Positions 50,951 to 60,027 of a stretch of 64,000 nucleotides of DNA are shown here, piece by piece. Within the stretch, counting starts at the first letter, position 1; the number at the start of each line of letters is the position of its first letter. The position numbers were made by a program, and so were the translations under genes. Source of the DNA: an uncultured Gemmatimonadales bacterium (GTDB lineage: Bacteria > Gemmatimonadota > Gemmatimonadetes > Gemmatimonadales > GWC2-71-9). The stretch covers positions 32,001 through 96,000 of the forward strand of contig CAVYSW010000003.1 in assembly GCA_963771275.1 (NCBI GenBank). Direction: 5' to 3'. The notes beneath the pieces were generated by a model that was given only the letters and a program-made list of their open reading frames with translations, did no database searches and was not told where the DNA came from.

Positions 50951-50996
50951 GCGTGGCGGTCGCCCCGACGGGGGCGCGGCCGCCACGCAATGTTTT
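50951..50996 (+). terminator. Probable intrinsic terminator after htrA
   Basis: GCGTGGCGGTCGC...GCGGCCGCCACGC stem followed by AATGTTTT. Confidence 0.55.
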
Positions 50997-51041
50997 CGGG
51001 ACCCTGAGCGCGGCCGGACGGCCGGCGGGGCCGCGCCGGCC

Positions 51042-52073
51042 TCACCCGCCGGAGGTCGTTTCCTTGGGGGAGCCGTCGGGGGGCCGGTGCCGCTCGATGA
51101 ACTCCTCGTGCTCCTTGGGGACGAACATGTCGTCGGCGATCGCCGCGATCTCTTCGGCGGCCTGCCACTGCAGCTCGAGGTCCACCAGCTCGCCCGCCAG
51201 CGCGAGGCGCTCCTGCTCCTCGTGGAGCGCCATCTCGAGCGCGAGCTTCATGTCCTTGGGAAGCCGCTGGACAAGCCCGTGCTTCTTGGGGCTGACCCCG
51301 GGACGCCCGTCGATCACGCGCACGGCCTCCGGCAGCTGCGCAAGGAACACCTCCGGATGCCCGGCGGCCTCGATCCGGTCGACGGCGCTGCGGATCACCT
51401 TGGGCGACCCTGCCATGTAGTTGAGCTTGGGGAGGATGATCCCCGCCACCCGTTGCGCCTCCGTGCCCTCGAAGACCTCGCGCCCCTTGCCGTGCTTCAC
51501 GCTCAGGGTCCAGGAGGTGCCGTCGGGGGTAGGAGTGATCTTGGTCTGCTGGAGCTGGGGCCTCCGCAGTTTGAGGACCCGTCCGTCCCGCGTCCGAACG
51601 CGGGCGCGCACCGGCAGGTTGAACAGCACCTGCGGCAGCTGGCCCATGGCGCCGATCCCCACCCCGGCTGCCGCCAGGCCCGCGTAGACAGCGACCAGCG
51701 CCGCCACGCCCGCGCCGGTCCAGATGATCGCGCGCCGTCGCCGCCGGCCGAACTGGTCGCCGTAACGCCAGGCCGCGAACTCGGGACGCAGCGGGCTCCC
51801 GATCCGCACCAGCTCGAGGCCCTCCTTGAGACGCGCCAGCCCGATGTTGTCGGTGGACATGCGCATCCGGGCCGCCCGGAACACGCGCTCGCACTCCTCG
51901 AAGGCCTCCCAGCGCTCCTCCAGCGGGGAGAGGTTCCAGCGCTCACACTTCTTGCACACGACCCAGAGGCGGCCCTTGTCCGGGTCGAATGCGAGCCGAC
52001 GGCCGACGGGGAACGCGCCGATGACCTCGTTCGTGCCGAGCGCGCTCTGGCAGAAGATGCAGTGGGAGTACAC
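51042..52073 (-). CDS. Hypothetical protein with N-terminal Zn-ribbon and central TM region
   Basis: CIFC and CKKC pairs, WNLSPLEERWEA, hydrophobic segment, helical LEMALHEEQER C-terminus. Confidence 0.8.
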   Translation of the reverse strand: MYSHCIFCQSALGTNEVIGAFPVGRRLAFDPDKGRLWVVCKKCERWNLSPLEERWEAFEECERVFRAARMRMSTDNIGLARLKEGLELVRIGSPLRPEFAAWRYGDQFGRRRRRAIIWTGAGVAALVAVYAGLAAAGVGIGAMGQLPQVLFNLPVRARVRTRDGRVLKLRRPQLQQTKITPTPDGTSWTLSVKHGKGREVFEGTEAQRVAGIILPKLNYMAGSPKVIRSAVDRIEAAGHPEVFLAQLPEAVRVIDGRPGVSPKKHGLVQRLPKDMKLALEMALHEEQERLALAGELVDLELQWQAAEEIAAIADDMFVPKEHEEFIERHRPPDGSPKETTSGG

Positions 52074-52146
52074 GACGCGGTGCCCCTCCGGCGGCGCGCC
52101 GATCAGGTCTGCTGAAGACTAACCACCTATGTACAATTAGCGAGCC

Positions 52147-52554
52147 ATGACCCACGCGACCTTGCGCCGGACGATTCTCGTCATCTACGGACTCGTCGTG
52201 GCCGTTCTGATGGTGGCCCCGATCCGCGCCCCGCACCTGGCCTCGGAGGTGCCCCAGGCTGACAAGATCGTCCACGCGGCGTTGTTCGGCCTCATGACGG
52301 GCTTCATCCGGTGGAATCTCGGGACGGTCAGTCGGCGGCCGATGTTCTGGGCGGTCGTGCTCGCCACGCTGTTCGCCGTGATGGTCGAAGTCGCGCAGCA
52401 CTTCGTGCCCTATCGCAGCGCCGACCCAATCGACGCCCTCGCCGCGCTCGGGGGCGCGCTGGTGTGCGCGTTCGTGCTGGCGAGGGGGCCGGCGAAACGG
52501 GTGTCGGCATCGGGCAACGGGAAACGGGAAACGGGAAACGTGCGTGGGACGTGA
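52147..52554 (+). CDS. VanZ-like membrane protein
   Basis: DKIVHAALFG, EVAQHFVPYRSAD..D; upstream TACAAT at 52132-52137. Confidence 0.85.
   Translation: MTHATLRRTILVIYGLVVAVLMVAPIRAPHLASEVPQADKIVHAALFGLMTGFIRWNLGTVSRRPMFWAVVLATLFAVMVEVAQHFVPYRSADPIDALAALGGALVCAFVLARGPAKRVSASGNGKRETGNVRGT
52504..52542 (+). repeat. Heptamer tandem repeat (CGGGAAA)n within the VanZ 3' end
   Basis: cgggcaa cgggaaa cgggaaa cgggaaa at 52511-52538. Confidence 0.8.
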
Positions 52555-52641
52555 CGCCGGGCCGACCAGCCGGGTATTCCCTCTCGAAGCGGAGCGCGTC
52601 GGAGTTTGTTGCACACTGTGACGATTTCGCGGGAGGTGGAC

Positions 52642-54084
52642 ATGCGCTGGACCAGACTGGCATCGATACTGGCATTCGTCGCGGCAGGGGTGGCGTGCTC
52701 CGACGGTAGCGGGCCCCCGGAGGGAATGTCGCGCGCGCGCGTGCTGCTCACGGACGCACCGTTCCCGTTCGACGCGGTGAAGCGGGTGGATGTCTACGTC
52801 GTGAGCGTCGCCGCGGCGACTACGGCCGATACCTCGGGTGGCGCGGAGTGGCTCACCATCGCGGAGCCGCGCCAGCGGTTCAACCTGCTGGCCCTCCAGG
52901 GCGGGCAGGCGACGCTGATCGGGGAGGGCGACGTGCCGGCGGCACAGTACGCCGCGGTCCGGCTGGTGATCGATGTGGACTCCTCGAGCGTCACGCTGTC
53001 CGACGGGACACCCGCGGTCGTGGACTGGCAGGGGACCGGCGAGAAGACCCTGTACGCGCTGGTGGAGCAGCCGCTTGCCCTGTTCGTGCCGGGCACCGAG
53101 ATGGACGTCGTGCTCGACTTCGACGTCGGGCGGAGCTTCGTGGCGCAGTACGGCTTCGCGCTCAACGACCTCCAGTTCCTGTTCATACCATGGATCCGGG
53201 CCGTCAACGAGGCCGGGACGGGCGTGATCGCCGGGACGATTCGCGGCGCCAACGCGCCGAGCGAGGTGCTCGGTCCGGTCCCCACCGCGAGCATCACGGT
53301 GTACCGCTACATCCCGAGCGACTTCGGCCCCGCCATGACCTACGCGGCGTCCACCGGCCGCACCGACGCCCAGGGCCAGTACGCCGTCCACTACCTGGCA
53401 GCGGGCGACTACATCGTGGAGGTGTATCCGCCGAGCGGGTTCGACGCCGGGGTGGCCTACTCCGTCCCGATCACGGTCAACATGGGTGAGACGACCCACC
53501 TCGACCTCACGCTGCCGCAGTCCGGGACGGGCGGCGCCGGGTTGTACGTGTACGGTCCCAACCTCGTTGCGTTGCACGACACCGCGAGCTACTTCGCGAC
53601 CGTGCTCGCGCCGACGGGCGACTCTCTCACGGGCCCCGTCGTGTCGTGGCTCAGCCGGAATCCGGCGGTCGCGACGATCGAGGGCCAAAACAACTCCGCG
53701 CGGCTCGTGGCCGCCGCCCTGGGCACCACGTGGGTGGTCGCCACGTTCGAGGGGCTGGCCGACTCGATGGCCGTGACGGTCGCACAGAGTGACAGCACGG
53801 GCGGCGGCGGCAACGACAACCCGGTGGCGACCATCGAGCTCACGCCCGCCGCGCAGATCGTGAGCGTCGGCGACAGCGCGGGCTTCTGGGCGACGCTGAG
53901 GGACGCGCAGGGAGCGATGCTCTCGGGGCGGACCATCACGTGGGCCGCGACCGACACGACCGTCGCGCGGTTCGAGTTCGTCTGGGGCCAGGCGGTGATC
54001 CTGCGCGCGCTCAAGCACGGGACGATCACCGTCACGGCCACGAGCGAGGGGAAATCGGGATCGGGGACGGTAACGGTGCAGTGA
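52642..54084 (+). CDS. DUF4382 + carboxypeptidase-regulatory-like + Ig-like (Big_2) lipoprotein
   Basis: GGAGG RBS; lipobox VAC; VLLTDAP, FNLLALQ, LDFDVGRSF; TDAQGQY; Big_2 repeats (W.S.NPAVATI, TSEGKSGSGTVTV). Confidence 0.85.
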   Translation: MRWTRLASILAFVAAGVACSDGSGPPEGMSRARVLLTDAPFPFDAVKRVDVYVVSVAAATTADTSGGAEWLTIAEPRQRFNLLALQGGQATLIGEGDVPAAQYAAVRLVIDVDSSSVTLSDGTPAVVDWQGTGEKTLYALVEQPLALFVPGTEMDVVLDFDVGRSFVAQYGFALNDLQFLFIPWIRAVNEAGTGVIAGTIRGANAPSEVLGPVPTASITVYRYIPSDFGPAMTYAASTGRTDAQGQYAVHYLAAGDYIVEVYPPSGFDAGVAYSVPITVNMGETTHLDLTLPQSGTGGAGLYVYGPNLVALHDTASYFATVLAPTGDSLTGPVVSWLSRNPAVATIEGQNNSARLVAAALGTTWVVATFEGLADSMAVTVAQSDSTGGGGNDNPVATIELTPAAQIVSVGDSAGFWATLRDAQGAMLSGRTITWAATDTTVARFEFVWGQAVILRALKHGTITVTATSEGKSGSGTVTVQ

Positions 54085-54091
54085 GTCGAGC

Positions 54092-54153
54092 GTGAAAAGT
54101 GAAAAGTGAAAAGGGGTGGCAGCGTCACGCCCTCTTCACTTTTCACTTTTCAC
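54092..54153. repeat. Inverted heptamer repeat hairpin, (GTGAAAA)3 ... (TTTTCAC)n; probable bidirectional terminator
   Basis: Arms 54092-54112 and 54135-54153 around an inner GC-rich stem, between convergent genes. Confidence 0.85.
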
Positions 54154-55443
54154 TCAGTGCCGTCCTGCCCGAATCGTCTCCAATCCGTGCGCATGCGGGC
54201 CGGTCTCGGACCGGCGCAGCAGGAACGCGAACAGGAACCCGAGGAAGCCGAGGCTCGAGAAGATCCACATGCCGAGGCTGTACCCGCCCGGGTTCGCGGC
54301 GCTCGCGCCGGCGTGGTCGTTGGCCCAGCCGATCAGGAGGTTGAAGCCAAAGAGCCCGATGTTCTGGATCATCGTCATCAGCCCGTAGGCCGTGCCGAGC
54401 TTCTGCTCGTCCACGATGTAGGCGACCGACGGCCACATCACGGCGGGAATCAGGGAGAACGCGATCCCCATCATCGCCATCGGGACGAGCAGCGGGACGT
54501 GGGTGTAGGCCATCATGAGGTAGACCGGCACGAGCAGCAGCGAGCCCCACATCATGAACTGCGCGCGGCGCCCCACCCGGTCCACCAGCAGCCCGCACAG
54601 CGGGGTGAAGACCATGGCGAACGCGGTGAGCAGGCTCGAGAGAAATCCGCCGAACTCGCGCGTCGTGCCGTGCGCCTCCTGGAAGAACTTCACGGCGAAG
54701 GTCTGGAACGGGAAGATGCCGGAGTAGAACGTCACGCACAGCAGCACCACGAACCAGAACGACGTGCCGAATCGGAACAGGTCGCCCCACGCGACCTTGT
54801 CGGTCGGCTTCTCCTGGCCCATCTCGTAGGCGCGCGCCGCGCGACTCTCCATGATCCAGTAGAGCACCGCGCCGACGACGCAGAACGTCCCGAGCGCCGT
54901 GGCGATCAGGAGCGGCGTCTGCCAGCTGGCGAAGGCGGACTTGGCCCACGTCGGTGAGTTGAGCGCCGCGAACGACCCCAATCGCGCGATGGTGAGATTG
55001 ACGCCGAACGCGAAGGAGAGCTCCTTCCCCTTGAACCACTTGGCGATCGCCGTCGTGACCGAGACGATCAGCGACTCGGCGCCGATCCCGAACACCAGCC
55101 GGCCGGTGGCCATCACGGCGAGCACGCCGGAGGACGAGGTGATCGCCGCGCCCGCCAGACACAGCACGCCGAAGAGCAGCGTCGCCTTCTTGACGCCGAT
55201 CCGGTCGATCACGATGCCGCCGATCAGCACCATGATGATGTTCGGGAAGCTATAGATCGCGTTGAGCCAGCCGATCTGGGAATCCGAGAAGCCGAGCTGC
55301 GCCTTCAGCAGGTCGGCGATCGGGCTCACCGCGTCGTACACGTAGTAGTTCCCGAACATCGCCAGGCTGATGACGATCAGCACGGCCCAGCGATAGAACA
55401 CCGGCGGCGGTGGGCGAACGGCGGCGGTCTGCGGAGCGATCAT
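54154..55443 (-). CDS. MFS transporter, MFSD1-like
   Basis: GNYYVYD, YSFPN, GRLVFGIGAESL, WFKGKELSFAFG.NL..ARLGS, LGTAYGLM..IQNIG. Confidence 0.9.
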   Translation of the reverse strand: MIAPQTAAVRPPPPVFYRWAVLIVISLAMFGNYYVYDAVSPIADLLKAQLGFSDSQIGWLNAIYSFPNIIMVLIGGIVIDRIGVKKATLLFGVLCLAGAAITSSSGVLAVMATGRLVFGIGAESLIVSVTTAIAKWFKGKELSFAFGVNLTIARLGSFAALNSPTWAKSAFASWQTPLLIATALGTFCVVGAVLYWIMESRAARAYEMGQEKPTDKVAWGDLFRFGTSFWFVVLLCVTFYSGIFPFQTFAVKFFQEAHGTTREFGGFLSSLLTAFAMVFTPLCGLLVDRVGRRAQFMMWGSLLLVPVYLMMAYTHVPLLVPMAMMGIAFSLIPAVMWPSVAYIVDEQKLGTAYGLMTMIQNIGLFGFNLLIGWANDHAGASAANPGGYSLGMWIFSSLGFLGFLFAFLLRRSETGPHAHGLETIRAGRH

Positions 55444-55581
55444 GGACGAGGGGTTCACCTGGCGGAGGGTCGGGTGCGGGCCCCGCGGAGCGCGGGCCGT
55501 CCGAAAGATGACGCGGGAGGCTGGGGTGTCCAGAGCCGGGGCGGCCGCGCTAGCTTCCGACCCCAACCGGAGCGACCGCCG

Positions 55582-56031
55582 ATGCCCACCGTACCCCTGA
55601 AGCGCCTCGATCCCGCGGGTCGCCTGCCGGCTCGCGCGACGTCCGGCTCGTTCGGCTACGACCTCGCGACCGTGCAGGAGGAGCGCATCGCCCCACGCGA
55701 GACGCGCGTGCTGCCGGCCGGGTTCCAGCTCGCGGCCGACCTGCCGCACGACCGAGCCCGCGGGCTCGCAATGCTCATCCTGCCACGCTCGAGCCTGCCG
55801 CTCAAGCACGGATTGATCCTCCCCAACGCGCCGGGGCTGATCGACGCCGATTATGCCGGCCCGCTGGGGATCATCGTGCACAACCTGCGGGACGAGGCGG
55901 TGACGCTGGCGGCGGGCACGCGCATCGCGCAGGCGGTGTTCGTGGAGCTCAGGTTTCCGGCGATCGCGGAAGTGGAGCGCGCCGACGAGCGCCGTACCCG
56001 GGGCGGGTTCGGCTCGACGGGTCACGCGTGA
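55582..56031 (+). CDS. dut: dUTP diphosphatase (trimeric)
   Basis: Motifs GYDL, PRSS, GLIDADY.G, RIAQ, RGGFGSTG. Confidence 0.95.
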   Translation: MPTVPLKRLDPAGRLPARATSGSFGYDLATVQEERIAPRETRVLPAGFQLAADLPHDRARGLAMLILPRSSLPLKHGLILPNAPGLIDADYAGPLGIIVHNLRDEAVTLAAGTRIAQAVFVELRFPAIAEVERADERRTRGGFGSTGHA

Positions 56032-57239
56032 GCGGCGACGCCGATCGCGCCGCGCGACGCGCGCGGCTCCGCGTGCTGGTCGGCGCGGCATTCCTCATGG
56101 CGACGTCGGCGGTGGGGCCCGGGTTCCTCACCCAGACGGTCGTGTTCACCGAGCGGCTGGGGGCGAGCTTCGGGTTCGCGATCCTGGTCTCGGTGCTGTT
56201 CGATCTCGGGGCGCAGCTCAACATCTGGCGGGTGCTGATCGCCGCCCGCGCGCCGGCGCAAACCGTCGCGAACCGGTTGCTCCCGGGCCTCGGGCACGCG
56301 CTGAGCGTGCTGGTGGCCCTGGGCGGCCTCGCCTTCAACATCGGGAACGTGGCCGGCGCGGGGCTCGGCCTGAACGCGATGCTCGGGCTCCCCGTCGCGG
56401 CGGGCGCCGCGCTCAGCGCCGCGCTCGCGATCGGACTGTTCCTGCTGCGCGAAGCCGGCCGGGCGATGGACCGGTTCGCGCAGGTGATGGGCGGCGTGAT
56501 GATCGTCCTCGCCTGCTACGTCGCCGTCGTCTCGGGCCCGCCGCTCGCCGAGGCGGCGCTCCGCACGCTCGCGCCCGCCCGGCTCGACGTGCTCGCGGTC
56601 GTGACCATCGTCGGCGGGACGGTCGGCGGGTACATCACGTTCGCCGGGGCCCACCGGCTGCTCGACGCGGGGATCGCAGGGCCGGACGCCGTCGGGCGCG
56701 CGACCCGCTCGGCGGGACTCGGCATTGGCGTCGCGAGCGTGCTCCGCATCGTGCTGTTCCTCGCCGCCCTCGGGATCGTCTCACAGGGCCTGGCCCTCGA
56801 CCCGGCCAACCCGCCCGCGTCGGTGTTCCGCCTCGCCGCCGGCGAGGCGGGCTACCGGATCTTCGGCGTGGTGATGTGGGCCGCGGCCATGACCTCGGTG
56901 GTGGGATCGGCCTATACGTCCGTCTCGTTCATCCGCACCGTCCGGCCGGCCTGGGAGCGGCGCCGCGCCACGCTGATCATCGGCTTCATCGTGATCTCGA
57001 CCGCGATCTTCCTCGCCGTGGGCCGGCCGGTGGCCGTGCTGATCGCGGTCGGCGCGATCAACGGGTTGATCCTGCCGATCGGCCTCGCGGCGATGCTGAT
57101 CGCCTCCCGCAAGACCACGCTGCTCAATGGCTACGTGCACTCCCCGGCGCTCACCGCGGCGGGCGCGGTCGTGGCGCTCGCCATGGCCGGCCTGGGGATC
57201 TACACGGTTGTCACGGAAATCCCGAAGCTGATGCGGTGA
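56028..57239 (+). CDS. NRAMP-like (YcsG-type) transporter
   Basis: GAAFLMATSAVGPGFLTQT, GGLAFNIGN.AGAGLG, VGGTVGGYITFAGAHRL, TSVVGSAYTSVSF. Confidence 0.9.
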   Translation: MSGDADRAARRARLRVLVGAAFLMATSAVGPGFLTQTVVFTERLGASFGFAILVSVLFDLGAQLNIWRVLIAARAPAQTVANRLLPGLGHALSVLVALGGLAFNIGNVAGAGLGLNAMLGLPVAAGAALSAALAIGLFLLREAGRAMDRFAQVMGGVMIVLACYVAVVSGPPLAEAALRTLAPARLDVLAVVTIVGGTVGGYITFAGAHRLLDAGIAGPDAVGRATRSAGLGIGVASVLRIVLFLAALGIVSQGLALDPANPPASVFRLAAGEAGYRIFGVVMWAAAMTSVVGSAYTSVSFIRTVRPAWERRRATLIIGFIVISTAIFLAVGRPVAVLIAVGAINGLILPIGLAAMLIASRKTTLLNGYVHSPALTAAGAVVALAMAGLGIYTVVTEIPKLMR

Positions 57240-57285
57240 GGGAGGCAGCGGGTAGCGTGCCGCGTGTGGGGGGGCGTGCAGCGGG

Positions 57286-59148
57286 TTACAGGTCGCGGGG
57301 ACTGCCGCCGGGTGCGTGGGGCACGGCGAGGCGCTCCTCTTCCGCAGTCCTGGTCGGGTCCTCACCCGGATTGATGAACAGATCCTCCTCGACCTGGTGC
57401 TGCCGGTCGTGCAGCTGCTTGTAGCGGCCGCCTTGCGCCATCAGCTCGGCGTGGGTGCCACGCTCGATGATCTGCCCCTGCTCCAGCACAAGGATCTGGC
57501 CGGCGCTCCGGATCGTCGAGAGCCGGTGGGCGATGACGAAGGTCGTCCGGCCCCGGCGCAGCGTGCGGAGCCCGTCACGGATCAGCGCCTCGCTTTCGCT
57601 GTCGAGGCTGGAGGTCGCCTCATCGAGGATCAGGATCCGCGGGTCGGCCAGGATGGCCCGCGCGATCGCGATCCGCTGGCGCTGGCCGCCGGACAGCTTC
57701 ACGCCGCGCTCCCCCACCACGGTGTCATAGCCGTCCCCGAATTCCATGACGAACTCGTGCGCGTGCGCGATCCGCGCCACGCGCTCGATCTCCTGGCGGC
57801 TCGCGTGCGGCCGCGCGAACGCGATGTTCTCCGCGATCGTGCCGTCGAACAGGAAGTTCTCCTGCAGCACCACGCCGAGGTAGCGGCGGTAGTCGTGCAG
57901 CCGCAGGCGCGCGAGGTCGTGCCCGTCCACCAGGATCCGGCCGGCGTCGGGCCGGTTGAACCCCATCACCAGCGAGATCAGCGTGCTCTTCCCCGAGCCA
58001 CTCGAGCCGACGAGCGCCGTGGTCGTCCCGGGCGCCGACCGGAACGACACGCCGCGCAGCACGGGCACGCCCGGCACGTAGGAGAACGTCACATCGTCGA
58101 CGACGATCTCCCCCTCCACGTCGCCGAGCCCCGGCTTGTCGCGGTCCTCGTCGCTCTCGGTGGCCATGCGCCGCAGCTCGCGGATCCGGTCGAGCCCGGC
58201 GAACGCCTCGGAGAACTGGGTGCCGATCTCGGCGATCTCGACCAGCGGGAACGCGACCAGTCCCGTGAACAGCACGTAGCGCAGGAGATCCCCGAGGGTC
58301 ATCGACTGCGCGAGGACGGCGCGCCCACCCACCAGGATCATCACGACGCCGATCGCGCCGATCACGACCGTGGTGAACGCGGTGAGCCCGGAGACGCCGG
58401 TGATGGTGGCCGCGATGTTGCGGAACAGCCGGTGCACGCCCTTGGCGAAGACCGCCCGCTCGGACCGCTCCGCGACGTACGCCTTCACCACGCGGATCCC
58501 GCCAAGCGACTCGGCGAGCCGGCCGGTGACGTCGGCGTTGATCTTGCTCCGCTCGCGGAAGATCGGCCGCAGCTTGCGGAACGCATAGGCCATGGCTCCC
58601 GCGAACACGCTGAGCACGGCGAGCATCATCAGCGTGAGATGCCAGTTCGTCAGGAAGAGCACCACCAGGGCGATGCTCGCCGTGACGAGTCCGCCGGTGA
58701 GACGCACCAACCCGGTCCCCACGAGGTTCCGGATCCCCTCCGCATCGGTCATGATGCGGGAGATCAGCACGCCCGTCTTGGTCGAGTCGAAGAACCGCAC
58801 CGGCAGCCGCTCCACGTGCGCCTGCACGGATTTCCGCATGTCGGCGATCGCGCGCTGCGCCGCGACGCCCAACGTCTGCGACAGCGCGAACGACGTCGCC
58901 GCCTGCACCAGCGTCGCCACACCCACCGCGGCCGCGATCGGCACCAGGAGGTCGACGCGGGACTTCCCGATGACGTCGTCCACCAGATACTTGGACGAGC
59001 CCGGCAGGACCAACCCCGCGAGTCGGTTGATCAGCATCAGCCCGAGTCCGACGGCGAGCCGCGGCCGGTGCGCCCACACCAGCTCGCGCGCCTCCTGCCA
59101 CACTGTCTTGAGCGGCAGCCGCCGCTTCGCGTCCTTCTCCTCGGTCAT
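57286..59148 (-). CDS. ABC exporter, fused permease/ATPase (MsbA/MDR-like)
   Basis: 6-TM domain; GSSGSGKST, LSGGQRQR, ILDEATS, IAHRLST. Confidence 0.96.
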   Translation of the reverse strand: MTEEKDAKRRLPLKTVWQEARELVWAHRPRLAVGLGLMLINRLAGLVLPGSSKYLVDDVIGKSRVDLLVPIAAAVGVATLVQAATSFALSQTLGVAAQRAIADMRKSVQAHVERLPVRFFDSTKTGVLISRIMTDAEGIRNLVGTGLVRLTGGLVTASIALVVLFLTNWHLTLMMLAVLSVFAGAMAYAFRKLRPIFRERSKINADVTGRLAESLGGIRVVKAYVAERSERAVFAKGVHRLFRNIAATITGVSGLTAFTTVVIGAIGVVMILVGGRAVLAQSMTLGDLLRYVLFTGLVAFPLVEIAEIGTQFSEAFAGLDRIRELRRMATESDEDRDKPGLGDVEGEIVVDDVTFSYVPGVPVLRGVSFRSAPGTTTALVGSSGSGKSTLISLVMGFNRPDAGRILVDGHDLARLRLHDYRRYLGVVLQENFLFDGTIAENIAFARPHASRQEIERVARIAHAHEFVMEFGDGYDTVVGERGVKLSGGQRQRIAIARAILADPRILILDEATSSLDSESEALIRDGLRTLRRGRTTFVIAHRLSTIRSAGQILVLEQGQIIERGTHAELMAQGGRYKQLHDRQHQVEEDLFINPGEDPTRTAEEERLAVPHAPGGSPRDL

Positions 59149-59200
59149 GCCGACCTGCGACTCCGCGCTGGGGGAGCATGCAATCTAGCGGATGTGGCCC

Positions 59201-59283
59201 GGCGGTTGGCAGTTCGCGGTTGGCGGAGGGCGGTTGGCGGTTGGCGGTTGAGCATTGGCATTGGACAATGGACATTGGACATT
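59201..59283. repeat. Array of about 12 degenerate heptamers (GGCGGTT grading into GGACATT)
   Basis: ggcggtt ggcagtt cgcggtt ggcggag ggcggtt x3 gagcatt ggcatt ggacaat ggacatt x2, between divergent genes. Confidence 0.9.
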
Positions 59284-59303
59284 GCGCCGGTATCTTCTCG
59301 CCC

Positions 59304-59969
59304 ATGTCGTACGCGCTGATGAGCGGCACGGGAAAGGACTCGACGCTGGCGCTCGACCGCGCGCGTCGCCAGGGCCTCGACGTGCGCTGGCTCGCGAGCA
59401 TCTACGACGGGACGATCGGGCGGGTGCGGTTTCACGGCGTGCGGCACGAGCTGATCACGGCCCAGGCCCGCGCCCTCGAGCTGGAGCCCGTCCTCTACGC
59501 CACGCACCCCGCGCCGTTCGAGCCGGTGCTGATGCGCCTGTTGCAGGAGCTCAAGCGCCGCGGCTGCCGCGGGCTGATCTTCGGCAACATCGCCCTCGCG
59601 GATGTGCGGGAGTGGTGGGAGCAGCGGGTCACGGCCGCGGGCCTCGAGCACGTCGAGCTGCTGTGGGGCGAGCCGTCGATCGAGGTCGCGCATGAGGTCG
59701 TCGAGCGCGGCTATCACGCCTTGGTCGTGAGCGTGAACCTCGCGATGCGCGCGGCCCCGTTCCTCGGCCGCGAGCTGGACGCCGATCTGCTCACCGAGCT
59801 CGGGATCACGGACGACCTCGATCCCTCCGGCGAGCGCGGCGAGTTCCATACGTTCGCGTACGATGGCCCGGAGTTCCGCCACCCGATCGCGTTCCGGATC
59901 GGCGAGACCATGGAGCTGGAGGGCCACCGCTTCCTGGATCTCGTGCCGATCGACGAGTCCGCGCTGTAG
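59304..59969 (+). CDS. Dph6/MJ0570-related PP-loop ATP pyrophosphatase
   Basis: GKDS.LAL, R.RFHGV, FGNIAL.DVR.W.E, LW, FLGRE, DPSGERGEFHTF.YDGP.F. Confidence 0.88.
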   Translation: MSYALMSGTGKDSTLALDRARRQGLDVRWLASIYDGTIGRVRFHGVRHELITAQARALELEPVLYATHPAPFEPVLMRLLQELKRRGCRGLIFGNIALADVREWWEQRVTAAGLEHVELLWGEPSIEVAHEVVERGYHALVVSVNLAMRAAPFLGRELDADLLTELGITDDLDPSGERGEFHTFAYDGPEFRHPIAFRIGETMELEGHRFLDLVPIDESAL

Positions 59970-60027
59970 CAAGCTCAGGTCCGGTCGCGACGCGGCCGCC
60001 GGGCTCACGCGACGTGAGTCGGTCCGC

